Source of the DNA: Octopus vulgaris
Lineage: Eukaryota
Direction of reading: 5' to 3'
Assembly: GCA_951406725.2 (NCBI GenBank)
Contig: OX597831.1
Coordinates: 46,376,001-46,440,000 of the forward strand
Length of the DNA stretch: 64,000 bases
The notes below the pieces were generated by a model. The model was not told the origin of the DNA. It saw only the letters and a program-made list of their open reading frames with translations, and searched no databases. Numbering within the stretch: position 1 is the stretch's first letter; each line of letters opens with the position of its first letter. The translations under genes were made by a program, and so were the position numbers. Positions 1-13,292 of this stretch are shown in pieces.

Positions 1-379
1 AATAATTCGTTTTTAATGGTTAAAGCCGAAGTAGATAAAGTTATATGTAATAGCATCTAAATATTGGCTTAAGAAAGACTTTGGGGAGAAAAAGCCGAAT
101 GTATGTATGTATGTATGCATGTATGTATGTATGTATGTATGTATGTATGTATGTATGTATGTATGTATAATAACACTGTTTTCTGCAGCTGCACTAAATG
201 GGTTTTATGCCTGTCTCCTCTCCTCATCTGTACAAATCTGTAGGTATAGTTTCTGTTGTACCTATAACTACTGGGATACATTTTTCCCGCACTTTTCACA
301 GTCTCTGTAATCTAATAGCTAGGTCCTGGAACTTTGTTATTTTTCTATACCTCTCATATTTATTTTTTCATAACTTGGG

Positions 380-3300
380 ACTGTAAAGTCAATTAATTGG
401 TACTGTCTACTACTTCTAAATTAGGCTTTCTGTTACTATGTCAGTCTGAATGTTGGCTCTAGGTTGACATGCCCGTTCCATATATTCTTTCTGTGCCAGC
501 ATAATACATTCACTTACTATATGAGTAACACATCCCTCTTTTGATTTGCATAACCTACATTGGGAATGCACTTAATTTTTGTCTGTTTGAGTTTTTTATC
601 CAATTAATCCTTGATACTTGATCTTGTGCTGCTTCTAACAAACTTTCTGTCTCTCGTTTCAGCTGTCCTTTCTGCAACCATAACCATGTCTCACTACTAC
701 TATTTGCTACAATCATCTTTGGGAATCTACCATGCAAAGCCTTCTCCTGCCAGTCTTTTGTTTGTTTTTCTGGCTTTTAACTTTGTTTGTTTTTTTGTTT
801 TCCCTATGTCTTGCTGTGATTGAAGTAGCTCTCTAAACATTCTTTACTATTATCTACGTAGGAGTCTATATCTACTCTAGCTAACTCCACACAGTCTTCT
901 ACTGATATTATCCCACTTCCACTTCCTTTCTAGCCAAGTATAATCTTGCTACTCCTGTGTTGGATGGAGTCCTCCATTCATATTGAATTCATTAACAATT
1001 CTTCTGTCTAACTTTGCTAATGTAGTTTTGTCCAATCTACAAAAACTGCTGAGTATCTAAGTAAAGATACTATCCACGTATTTAAAGCCTTCACTAGTTT
1101 CGGACAATTTAGTTTTGATTTCATAAACTTCCTTATCCTTCTGATGTACTCCTTCTCAATTTTCGTTTCCGTTTCTATAATTAGTACTCTGTCAGATCTA
1201 ATACTCCTAGATACTTATAACTCCCTACTTCTCTCGGTGATTTTAATGTCTGGCCATCTCGTCATTGGATCCATTAGCTTTTGACTGCCTGTCCCCTTTT
1301 CATGACAAATATTGCATTCTTATCTATGCCAAATTCCATCCTATATCTTTGCTGAACAGTCTTGCTGTCTGTATTAAGGAATCTCTCTTTTTCATTCTTA
1401 CCAGGGTTCCGACAGTTATTCGTAGTACTACCACCTTTTCCATCGACCGCAATTGCTTAACATCTCAAGTTAACCTGTCATATCTATCGACACTTTTCTT
1501 CCTTATTGTATACCTTGTTGTCAGCTGTGCATGCTATATCCAGCATCGTTTGCTTTCTTTCTCAATTAACACTTTGTCTAGTTTCCTACTCTCTATCTCA
1601 TGGTTTAATGCGCGTACCACGTTTTTGCTCTGTTAAGTCCATACTTGTTGCAAAGCATCCAATGGCATGCATTGACTAGTAATATGCCACAGGTTTCACT
1701 ACTTTGTCTACAAAGTCTGCACTTATCATTATCCAATGTGTTGTGTATTCTGTATTTGATGTAATTCGTTCTTGATGCATGCTCTTCGACAGCAGAGATT
1801 AGGGATTCTGTTTCCGGTTTTAAATCACTTTTAGTCATCCATAGCCATCTTTTCTCTCTCTGTCTTATCATCAACATCCCTATGAAATTGTCCATGCATT
1901 CTTTCTTTGTCCACCTACTTTCAGTTTCATTCACTCTCAAAGTGCTTATACAGTGCTTTATCTTTGCAATCTTCCATCCTACACAAGCCTGACCTTCTTA
2001 CGTCCAATAATAGTGGTTCTGTGGCATATTTTACATAGCATGCTATGCTGTTTTCCTCTGCTCTAATGCTGTGTTCGCATCAAATCAGTCCTCTTTCTCC
2101 TCCTTTTTCTCGGTACATACAGTCTGTCTGTGTTACGTTTTGGATGGAGTATCCCATATCTAGTCAACAACTTCCTTGTCATTCTGTTTAAGCTGTTTAA
2201 TTAGTCGACTGTCCATGCAATTACCTCTGCTCCATATCTAAGTAGTGAAACTGCCCAGGTGTTGATAGCTTCAATCTTATTCCGTACGTTTAATTTTAAC
2301 TTAAGGATCAGTCTCAGTCTGCGCAAGTACTCCACTTTAAATCTTTCTGTCATTTCTTTCTCCATCAATTTATCCATTTCCCAAATCCCCAGGTACTTAT
2401 AGCCCGTATCTTCTATCTGCTTCATAACCTTCCCCGGCAGTATCGCTAGCTCGTCCATACATTTGATTTTGCCTCTCTTCAAGACTAACGCACCATACTT
2501 TTTCAGTCCGAACTCCATTTTGATGTCAGCACTGAAAGTATACACCGTATCAACGAACGAACTGACTTGGGATTCATCTTTACCATAAAGTTTGAGGTCA
2601 TCCATGAATAATAAGTGGTTGACATTTGTTGGCGGCTTTTGAATACATACACAGCCTTTGCTTTCCTCAGAATCAGTGTTAGTGGTATCATGTACAGTAC
2701 AAAGATCAGTGGTGACAGGCAGTTCCCTTTGAAGATGTCTTTCCTGATTTCTATTGTCCCTAAACTTCTTCCATTTGCTGTCAACTTCGTCCCCCAATTC
2801 GCCTTACCTTTTCCAAGTAATCGCTCAACATTTGATGCAATAGAAAGTAGGTCCATACGTTCCATAACCCAAGAATGTGGGATCATATCATACGCCTTAC
2901 GATAATCGATCCATGACATGGCCAAGTTAGTTTACCTCCTCTTGCAGTCTCAAAGTACATTTTTGTCTACACGGAGTTGATCCCTGGTGCCCCTGCACTT
3001 AGGCTTGCAACTCTTCTGCTCATGTGGCAGGATTCCATTTCCCCGCCATATGTTCGTACATTGACTCTGCGAGTATTCCAGTCAATAATTTCCACATAGG
3101 TGGCAAGCAGGATATCGGCCTGTAATTGTCTACCGTATTGCCTTTATCGATGTTTTTTCAAGCACAGCACTGTCCTACCCATTGTCAATTACTCTGGTGT
3201 TATTTAGCCGGCATGTAACAAGATGTTGAGTTGTGCAACTATTCGTGCATGACATTCATCAAATCTTTTGATCCAGTAGCCTTGAATTCCCTCTGAACTG

Positions 3301-4745
3301 TCTTGCAGTCCTTTTGCCCATTTTTTGTTGATTTCCTTCATTTCCCTAACTGAAATGACTAGTTCTGCCTGTTTTGGACAGAGTACTGTTTGTTTAAGTT
3401 CTTGCAACCATTCAGCATCCTTCTTATGGTTCTTGTCATTGCTCCAGATGTCACTCCAAAACATTTGGTTTTTGAATGTTATCTGGTATCAACTTTTCAT
3501 CTGTACTCTCTCCATTTATTTCTTTGTAGAATCTCTTCTAATCCACTCTGAATAACCCCCTCCTCGTGGTAACCCTTCATTCTTTGGTCTTTATTGTCTT
3601 TGCACAGCTTCTAACGCCACGTCTTTTGTATTTCAATTTCCAAGTCTTTATATTTACTGGATTTGTCAAATTCCTTTACTTACATCTATTAGTATACAGA
3701 TATTTTCTTCCCTGTCTTTAATGACTATGTATGGCCGATTAACCTGGAACGTTGTGTCGCTGTTGACAGAAAATCCCAGAGGATAGTGACATTTTTTCCT
3801 TCATCGACTGGTTCAGGATCATGTTCATTACAGTAAGCAGGAGTGCTGATTTTGTAGTGTTTACGATATTTTCCAATGCAAATTCTGTCCTACCCTACCC
3901 ATCCGTTTGTCAATCACTCTGGTGTTATTTAGCCGGCATGTAACAAGATGTTGAGTTGTGCAGCTATTCGTGCATGACATTCATCAAATCTTTTGATCCA
4001 GTAGCCTTGAATTCCATCTGAACAGTCTTGCAGTCCTTTTGCCCATTTTTTGTTGATTTCCTTCATTTCCCTAACAGAAATGACTAGTTTTGCCTGTTTT
4101 GGACAGACTACTGTTTGTTTAAGTTCTTGCAACCATTCAGCATCCTTCTTATGTTCCTTGTCTTTGCTCCAGATGTGTACTTCTCCAAAACATTTGGTTT
4201 TGAATGTTATCTTGTAGGATAGTGACATTTTTACCTTCATCGACTGGTTCAGGATCATGTTCATACCAGTAAGCAGGAGTGCTGATTTTGTGGTGTTTAC
4301 ATATTTTCCAATGTAAATTCTGTCCTACCCTATCCTGGCGATTTTGTATACGTTTGGTGTCAGCACAGGACATCCTGAGACAAGATGGTCTATTGTTAAG
4401 TGAAATTTATCGAAGAATCTGCATTTAGGGTTCGAACCGTTTTGAAGAACGTTAGCTGGTAGCTTTTGGTAAGCAAGCTTTGATCTTGTGCCGCCAATAT
4501 GAAACCTTCAGTCTGTGCTTTCAGTCCTGAACTTCCTCAGCCACTGATGGTTTGCTGCTTGGTCTACATCAGTATTTCGACTTCGAAGTATATACTGTCC
4601 ATGCAGAAGCTTCGGGCTCTACCGCTCCTCAATTTGTTTCTGCCCGTTCTTTTTGCAGTCTACAGCTTGATGACAGTGCTTTTAGGTTCTTCATCTAATT
4701 CAGGGTTAATGCCAAGTTTCCTTGCGAATTTGTTGTACTCTTTCG
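380..4745 (-). mobile_element. Decayed, rearranged R4/Dong-like (REL-endonuclease) non-LTR retrotransposon fragments
   Basis: RT motifs WIDYRKAYD, LSPLIF, NHLLFMDDLKLY and YKYLG (2201-2925). C-terminal 'ETESL..AQDQ', 'KCRLC' and 'HDRVG..LHW..C' pieces occur in several copies, with many stops and frameshifts. Confidence 0.85.
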
Positions 4746-4749
4746 CCAC

Positions 4750-4890
4750 AACTTTCTCTCACTCTCTCTTCCTGTTTCTTGAGTAACGATACGATGGACT
4801 GGCATCCCGTTCTGCTGGGAGGAACACATACGCAACAGAAACTGGGAAATCGGGCCCATGAGCCTGGCTAGGTTTGCAAAGGGCGACGTT
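4750..4890 (+). mobile_element. 3' fragment of a tRNA-derived SINE (family of 57337-57645); duplicate at ~21045-21190
   Basis: 'cctgtttcttgagtaacg...gggcccatgagcctggctagg' matches 57520-57630. Confidence 0.75.
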
Positions 4891-6284
4891 TTTTTCTTAT
4901 ATAAACGCAGAGTTAGTAAAAATATATCGAAAAATGCAGATGAAATCAAAATGATGTTAAAATTATTTGCAACTTTCATACATTTTTACGAGAGATAATG
5001 CTATTCAACGATTATTACTCTGTATGCAAGCACTAAGGACGTTCTCTGTTTTCTTTGATTCCTAAACTATCAACGTTCTATGAAGAAGTAAAATAAAGAT
5101 TCTATATATTGCTGCCAGATGGTAAATAATTTCATCCTTAATTTCAATTAATGACTCTCTTCGTGATATATCGATTTAATAAGTTATAGGTTATATCGTG
5201 CTGAAGGTTTCGAAAACAAATGAAATAGTGCTATACTTAATCAACACGCACTAGCAATTGGAAATATATCGCAATAGATATAAGGAAATTGAATATGAGA
5301 GTTCTGTGAGTATACTTTCTTGTAGTTCTTAATTCTCAACCCTGCCTCACATCGCGAACGAATAGTTATTTTCCTTGCATTGACGGCTATTCCGAGAGGA
5401 AACGTGTATTTGAACACGAATATACTAAATCTTAAAGAATTCATATTTCATCACAAAATGATGAATGAAACAAACAGAAAATACGAAAACAGCTGGGTGA
5501 ATAGAAGACTAGAGGAAACTTAGACAAAACGGGACGTTGTGATCTGTATATATATGCAAGAATAATTAGTAAGAATTTTTCGGAATAAATTAGAAGACAG
5601 ACGCTGCAGTCCGTCAAAAATAGAAATGTGATGTGTTGTCAAGCCCACAAGGTCTCCAGGAACCATAAAATGTTCTTTAGTACTGGCAATGCAGTTTTTG
5701 TGTTTCGTATCGTTCTTGATATTTAAACTTCATATGCGATGTCTTGCCTTGAAACCTACCAATTAGTCTTTCACCAAGCATTTCCCGCATAACTATTTGC
5801 TAATCTGGTCACTGAAGGTTTCAAGAGCCGGGAAAGATACATTAGCATATTATTTTAATGACACAGTTGACAATACGTAGAATAAACAAATTAAAGTAAT
5901 ATATGATATAGGTCAAAGTAATGGTAATTTTGTAGCTAATTTAAATGAAATTTGTTATGAGAGAGACATAAAAAGGAGACAGAGAGGGAGATAAAGCAGG
6001 GAGAGAGGGAAAGAGAGAGGGAAAGAGGGAGAGAAAGACAGAGAGAGAGAGAGAGAGGGTCAGAGAGAGAGAGAGAAGGATAGACAGGGAAAGAGAGGGG
6101 AGAGATAAAATATAAAAGTCGACAGAGAATATGGGAGATGGAGAAAAAAAAAAAAGCATGTGAAAATTTTCTGTCACTAAAACATATATGAGCTCTTTTC
6201 GTAAATTGATACAAATACACATAATCATAATAGTTGAATGTGATGTTGATATTCAGATGACATTCCTAAATGTTGAGTAAGAAA

Positions 6285-6460
6285 TCCTTTCTACGACAAG
6301 TACAAGGCCTGAAATGTTGGGAGAGGGGACTAGTCGATTACGTCGACCACCAGTGTTTCACTGGTACTTAATTTATTGACCCCGAAAGGATAAAAGGCAA
6401 AGTTGAACTCAGCGGAATTTGAACTCAGATTGTGCAGACGTACGCAATGCCGCTAAACAT
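6285..6460 (-). mobile_element. SINE (family of 57820-58230); duplicate at ~22583-22760
   Basis: 'ggtacttaatttattgaccccgaaaggataaaaggcaaagttgaactcagcggaatttgaactcaga' is the reverse complement of the 57880-57960 type. Confidence 0.75.
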
Positions 6461-7132
6461 TTTAGTTTGTTAGAAGTCTAACTGAATAAGTTTAGAATAG
6501 TATTTTAACAGAAAAATCATTTGGACCAATATAGCGTTTTTTTAATGCGGAATCGTCTAGGCAATTCTGAAGAGACTAGTGAAAAAGTCCCAATATTCGG
6601 ATAAACCTTACGGACTATTTGTATATCTGTAAGCAAAGACAGAAAAAAAGGAAAAGTGAAAGGTTGCTATCAATGCCTTATATGGACTTATGAGTATTTA
6701 GATGGACTTGAAATCCAAGTTGTCTAATTTCACAAGGTTTTGACTGTGATAAAGGACCTTTAAATACAGCAATGGCAGTTGAAAAGATGCAACACAGTAA
6801 GAGTAGCAATTGATTTATATGCAGCGAATGTTAAATCTTGTGCCTAGTCCCTCAAACTGCTAGAAACAGAAAACAATTTTCTCTCATATAACATCCTAAC
6901 TCAATAAAGAAAAGGTGGAATGGTTGTGAAGAGAGTGTCGTTGATCAGAGATTTGTTGGATTAGGACTGACCTGAGGATAAACTATATCTGATTTATATA
7001 ATATCCCGAGTAAATGTGATTTGATAGATGTTTGAGTGGATAAAGTAGTGAGACATATAATTATTAATGTTCTTTGATCTATGGAGCTCAACACCACCAC
7101 CACCAACAATAGCAAAACATGCTAAAATTGAC

Positions 7133-7199
<67 letters not shown>

Positions 7200-7489
7200 A
7201 CAATATATTACGTTATGTTAGAAAAGATGGTTCTAGGAAAAACAACCCCTGAAAAAAAGAAAGAAAAGAGAGACAACATGATCATTAATGAATTGTTTTT
7301 GATAATTGATTTGTTGGATCAACTTCGATTACGGAGCTAAGCAATAAGAAAATCATTAATATTATAAGCGTATACATACCACCAGCAGTATTAGTAGACG
7401 TTTCGTTACTCTTCTCATGAGAGACTCAACACATTTCGCAAGTAAATATAATTTTAATACATCACACATCCTGTTACAATTAAAAGTTA

Positions 7490-7630
7490 ATTGGCATCCT
7501 TTCTGTCTCGGGAGACAATGGAGTTGCGCATGTTTTTTTTTTTTTTTTAGTCTAGTCCGGCTTTTATATTACATGTCCTGATACATTTCCTGCTGTGGCT
7601 GTGTAGTCCTATCCTGGACAAACACTGGCT
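7490..7630 (-). mobile_element. RTE-clade LINE 3' end (short relic)
   Basis: Minus strand reads ...LSRIGLHSHSRKC, followed by the 3' stem-loop 'ccattgtctcccgagacagaaaggatgcc'. A longer version is present in copy B. Confidence 0.6.
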
Positions 7631-7919
7631 GGTTGTAGTGCCATAGTCTCAAGAGACTATGGCACTACAAAAGTTAATTAATCTAACCATATAGGGACAC
7701 TGATGTAGTTATATAGTCTGAAAACGCTTTATTTGTTTAAATATAATATTTAGATATTCAAAAAACATTGTCTTTTATGGCGAATCATGTTTGCAATTGC
7801 TAAAAAGCAAACAAACAAAGAAAAACTTATTAATTTTTAAATATTTTAAACTGGCAAGAACTTGTAGTGTTCATTTTAAGTAATATAAAACACCTGTGAA
7901 TGATCATAAAATGTTCAAT

Positions 7920-8055
7920 TCAAGGAGTTCTGATATTTTGTCATTCTCATAACTGGAAAATTTTGCGAAATGAAGTCAGCGATTCATTAGAAAACTGTCG
8001 ACTGAAAAGTCCCTAAATAAGAGCAGAGCTGAGATGAAAAAATAGGTTAATAACA
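7920..8055 (-). pseudogene. GPCR remnant (TM7 end and helix 8 only)
   Basis: Minus strand encodes GLFSRQFSNESLTSFRKIFQL, matching GLFSRQFRNELLVSFRKISQP of 28213-29325. Flank 7700-7920 matches the 3' UTR of that gene and 8100-8125 matches its 5' UTR. Confidence 0.8.
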
Positions 8056-9639
8056 CTTGGATATGTCGTTTGGGGCTACGAAGACAGTGTTTTGATTAAT
8101 TGAGAAAAATATTTCTTGTATTTTCAGGAGCGTGGGAAACCCACAAGGAAGCAGGTGCATCATTGCCAGTAAATACTAGGGACGAGACCGCAGTTGCCAC
8201 CCTTGTACCACTGAGGAATTTAACACCAAATCATCAACAGCGAACTTTTGGACATCAAGAAAGAAACATTTCGTTGCACGTGCAAGCAACTTGAATTACG
8301 AAGTGCCAAGAATGACGCCTTGACCTCTATCCCATCTATTTAAATTAGGCGAATTTATGAGGTAACTGGAAAATTGCGGATGTGGACAATATAAATAGGA
8401 GACATATACTCATTTGATTTCTAAACTGCATACTTATGTGCAACTTATACATAGCATATATACAAGATACCAGATATATTGCGAAATGTATTTTATGGAC
8501 TAATACATGCTCACTACTTGTGAAAGCATAATTAATTATACGATACTCAAGTACTTATATCTACAAAATGCGGTGTGGTGCTACATGTTGCATTCAATAG
8601 TATACGTTTCAATATTTTGTATTTTCATATTTCGGTACGCGTGAATATTCACGTATTATGCATTTAATCAATACTGAAAGCTAATTATCCCAACATAGCA
8701 AGGCTAACGCAAAGGAAATCAGGAAGACAGAAATCACTAAATGAGATGATGTCCCAAATGTGTTTATCTACTAATTTTGAAGTCTCGTATAAGCTCGTGT
8801 ATGCACATGTATTCGCATCAAAATTGGACGCGTTTACCAACATCCTAAAAGGCAATTTTTGACATGACACCATTGAAGGCACTGTTATTCCACAAATAAA
8901 TTTTCTCTCTCCGTTTTTGAAAATTGTGGTATGCATTCAAAATTATTCAAAATTTATCATTTGGTTATAATATTTTTCTTGATAACCCTAAATTTTATCT
9001 TTATACAACATAACAATATTGTTTGAAATAATCTCCTATCGTACCCCATGGTAAAATTTCCTCTGTATTATCATTATTGGTTTTATTAGCGTCTTGCCCC
9101 TTTAACTGGTAATTAACATCTTGTTTTGAGATCTTACACTAGCCAACCTCATTATAGCCAGTTACTTTATACTACTTCCAAATAATCTTGACAAGTTTTA
9201 TGACTATACCCATTATGTTCTGTCAACTCTTTCCTGCCTTTTCCTAATAGACACAATTCTCTAGTTTTAGATTTGATAAACAAGACTAATAAATTAAAAC
9301 TGAACCAAAATCAGTGACAAACTATGACCCAAACAAATTTTTTTTCCTGATGACTTCTTACTCTATTAGAGTATTTAAGCAAAATTATATTAATATGTCC
9401 GACTGATTAAAAAAAATTCTATTTATTTATTTATGCAGCTGAGAATAGCCCTGCATTTAAATTGATGTAATGATTGCATTGTTCAATTAAAAGGAGCCGC
9501 TTGAAACGGTCGTACTGCATCACCTCTGGATATCCTGTTGCTTGTTTGATTTCATTCACTTATTTTGAGGTTGTACGGATAGTACCGCACTAATGTTTGG
9601 TGCTTCAATTTAAGTACCTAATTCATCTGAATCTCAATT

Positions 9640-10370
9640 ATATATATGTCCTTTTATTATTATTATTAGTATTAGATTTTGTTTTGTTTTTTTTTATCGT
9701 ATTTTTGTATTTATATTCGTGTAACATCGTCTGTTTTTCCGTCCTTGTTTCGTATACATTCGATGCTTTTTTCCATGGAATCTAATGCTCTTAGCTTAGT
9801 GTTTCCTTGGGGCTGGCCAGATTGGCGCAATCTCGAGATTAATCAGCCGAAATTGCGAGGAGGATCCGGTTCTTGACTGAAGATAAAAGGCTTCGAATGA
9901 CCCGTCCGTGTGTTTTTTGTATCGCCTATCTGGATGTTTTGTTGTCCTTTTTTGTATCACCTAGTTGTCCGGATGTTTTGTTCTCTTATATGTAAGTACA
10001 CATTTCACTAAATTTTGTACGACTTTTTCAACACTCTCTCCCCCTCACTCTCACATTTCTTTGCCTTTCTTACTCACTCTACACTTCGCTATGTCCCTGT
10101 GTCTCTCTTTTTTTCTCGCCACTCCTTGATTCTTCCGTCTATCTACTTCTACACACTCTCTCTCTCTCATCTCCCCCTCCTCAATTCCTTTGTTTCTCTT
10201 TTTCTCTCTCTTCTCTTCTCACGTGACCGTTGGCCGACTGCTAGCCCTTTTTGTGTCTGACCTAGGTCACTGTCACATCGACATTCTTCCCTCTGCCGTA
10301 AGGCTTCATTACTACACACACCAGCTGAATTCAATTCGTCCCCAGTCGAAAGACGCCTGTTGCCATGTCC

Positions 10371-10449
<79 letters not shown>

Positions 10450-10570
10450 GTTTTTTGATTCTTTATTGTATTTTTGTATTTATAGTCGTGTAACATCGTC
10501 TGTTTTTTCGTTCTTGTTTCGTATACATTCGATGCTTTTTTGTAAGGAATCTTATGCTGTTAGCTTATAT
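9640..10570. mobile_element. Interspersed repeat with partial tandem termini and an internal (TTA)n tract (Penelope-like non-autonomous element, tentative)
   Basis: 9680-9800 is repeated at 10450-10570. A reverse-complement copy spans 29760-31690 and a small fragment lies at 13895-13995. Confidence 0.55.
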
Positions 10571-11309
10571 CTTCCTGCAAAGATTTTTCTTCAATGACTG
10601 ACATAGTCTTTGCCTGTTGATTTGCGAGGGCCTTGAGAAAGACTTGTTCTATTGTGGAAGACTTTCAGACTCATTTGCTAGGAAGGTTTGGACTAGTTGC
10701 AAACTTTTCGTGCCCTGTCTAGATCTTGTTCACCTGGGCGACGATTGATCCGATATAGATGACGCCTCGTTGAGTTTTGGCTTCTGACCATTAAAACAAC
10801 ATTGGCATTAGGAGACGAGTCTGGTTGTTTCGAGTTAACTTTTGGACAGAACATCGCCTCCGAGCCCTTTGAATGGATGTGTTTCTCATATCGTAATCGC
10901 AAGAGTCTTACAGAGCGAATTTTGGTTGACATAACTCCAGGCATGACAGATTAGTGGTGATTTAAACTAAAGGATTATTTGCTTCTTATTTGTGTGTTGC
11001 TTCTAAGTCTCTTTGTTTTTATTTTGTCCTACTTTACTTGCGACACGTGATTTGTGTGTGTGTGTGTATGTGTGTGTTTGCAAGTGTATGTGTACATGCT
11101 CGCGCGCGCGTGTGTTGTGTGTCGTGTGTACATGTGTGTATGTGCGTGTGTGTGTGTGTATGTGTGTGTGTGTACGTGTGTGCGGAGGCGACATTATGTA
11201 GTTTATAAATATCAATATGTACAAGTATGTATAAACAATTGGATCTATATGTAATTGATAAATTTACGCACCAACTGTGTATATATGCATAAAACGGTTT
11301 TTGCATATT

Positions 11310-11645
<336 letters not shown>

Positions 11646-11697
11646 TGCTTTTGCATAGCTTCTATCGCTAAAGATGTATTACATTGGCAGCTGTTCA

Positions 11698-12075
11698 CTA
11701 CCTGTGAACTAAAGTAACAAATTTTATATAATTTTCGAGAAACTTTGGGAGTATTCGAGCGGGTACAAGCAGTGCTGTTTCCTGCAAGTGTTCCACCCTT
11801 ATTGCAGCCCCTATTTGTTCCATGTACTTCTCGAGATTTTTACTCACTCTTCCCAAGGCTCCGACAATTACTGGTACCACTACCACCTTTTTCATCGACC
11901 ATAACTGCTTTACCTCCCAAGCTTTTCTTTCTTCCTTACCGCATACCTTGTCGTCAGCTGGGCGTGCTATATCTATGATCCAGCATAGTTTGCTTTCTTT
12001 CTCAAGTAAGACTATGTCTGGCTTCCTATTTTCTATCTCATGGTCGCATTGAATCATAAAATCCCACAGGGTCTT
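11698..12075 (-). mobile_element. R4/Dong-like LINE REL endonuclease fragment
   Basis: RKPDIVLL..CWIIDIA..VVVVPVIVGALG (PD-(D/E)xK restriction-like endonuclease), next to the ATT tract. Confidence 0.85.
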
Positions 12076-12234
12076 TGCAGAACGATATTTTTGTAGATAT
12101 CAAAAATGACTTCAAAATGGCGTCGTTTTCGTCTCCGAGTCAAGAAGAGAGGAGAGAGGAAGATGTTTTGAGGATGAAATCATCTTTGTTCGCCAACGTT
12201 TTTGAAACAATTTTGCAGACTTTATTAAAAGTAT

Positions 12235-12440
12235 TAGTAGCAGTATCAGTAGCAATAACAACAGCAGCAACAACAACAAGAACAACAACAACAACAACAA
12301 CAACAGCAGCAGCAGCAGCAACAACAACAACATCAACAACACCGATAGGCGCAGCAAGAACAAATGATAGGCCAGACACAGAAGCTCACAAAATCACCAG
12401 CAGTATCAGCAGCAATAGCAGCACCGGCACCATCGGCAGC
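12235..12440. repeat. (CAA)/(CAG) low-complexity tract
   Basis: Directly visible. Confidence 0.9.
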
Positions 12441-12915
12441 AACATTCTGGGCGGGACTCTGGGCTCCATTGTGGATCAATGGCTTGTTCGTTCCAGAGGA
12501 CTTTCCAACGCGGGACCCATAAATCTTTTACCTTTTACTGGATGAAGGGCATTGCCATTTCGAGATAAACTCTACAAGCATGGAAGTGCCACGTAACCGG
12601 GCCTGGCCAAGCTGCACGTCGAGACACGAAACTATTCTGTATGCATTTGTCCAGTGCCTGAGCATTGCTGACTCTTGGGTTTAAGTTGAACACTTGTTTC
12701 ATGTAGGACGAATCCGGCTGTCAACCAAGTCAATAGTGGGAATCGACGATCTACCTTTCTTTGACAAAAAAGGGCAGTTATTTTTTCTCTTGCCGGTCTA
12801 TATAGCAAAAGAAGTGGTGTGGCTGGCTGCTGTGGACGGGTATTTTCCTCTCAAACCCAGATGGAATCTTTACTTCAAAGTCTGTGGTCCCGACGGGAAA
12901 GCCTGCGAGGTTTGA
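12440..12915 (+). mobile_element. Tx1/L1-type LINE C-terminal zinc-finger (zf-RVT-like) relic
   Basis: ~12600-12690 reads AWPSCTSRHETILYAFVQCLSIADSWV, a degenerate C..C....ET..H.F..C......W motif. Confidence 0.55.
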
Positions 12916-13004
12916 AAAGTATGTAGATAAACTGTATTTAATAAAATAAAAGTGGTATCGAGCCTTTTAAACTTACCAGAAGAAGGAATAATTTATATAC
13001 ATGT

Positions 13005-13292
13005 TTGTTCTTTCTCGAGCCATGCCTGGCTCATAAGGGTCGGTTTCCCGGTTTCATTGGCGTATAGGTTCCCCACCTGGACGGGACGCCGGTCCGTCGC
13101 AGGTGAGCTGCAAGATGCCGGAGAAATGGGTGAGAGAAAGTTGTGGTGAAAGAGTCAGCAGAAGCTCACCATTACCTTCTACCGGAGCCGCGTGGTGCTT
13201 AGCTGTTTCGCTCATAAACGGTCTGAGATTCGAACCGGCGATCCCTCGACCGCGAGTCCGCTGCTCTAACCACTAGGCCATGTGCCTCCACA
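13005..13292 (-). mobile_element. tRNA-derived SINE
   Basis: Minus strand starts 'ggaggcacatggcctagtggttagagcagcggactcgcggtcgagggatcgccggttcgaatc' (A and B boxes) and is related to 57337-57645. Confidence 0.85.

Larger units (their letters stand above)
1..9355. repeat. Tandem segmental duplication, copy A (left end lies beyond the window start)
   Basis: Base 1 (aataattcgtttttaatggttaaag) recurs at 17016. Colinear near-identity, with matching ORF pairs (611/17638, 2201/19228, 5241/21540), continues to 'tcagtgacaaactatgacc' at ~9310-9350. Confidence 0.95.

Noticed and set aside
12075-12545. 156-aa Thr/Ala-rich mucin-like ORF
   Set aside because: It is held open by a CAA/CAG tract and bridges two LINE relics. 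No other coding support.
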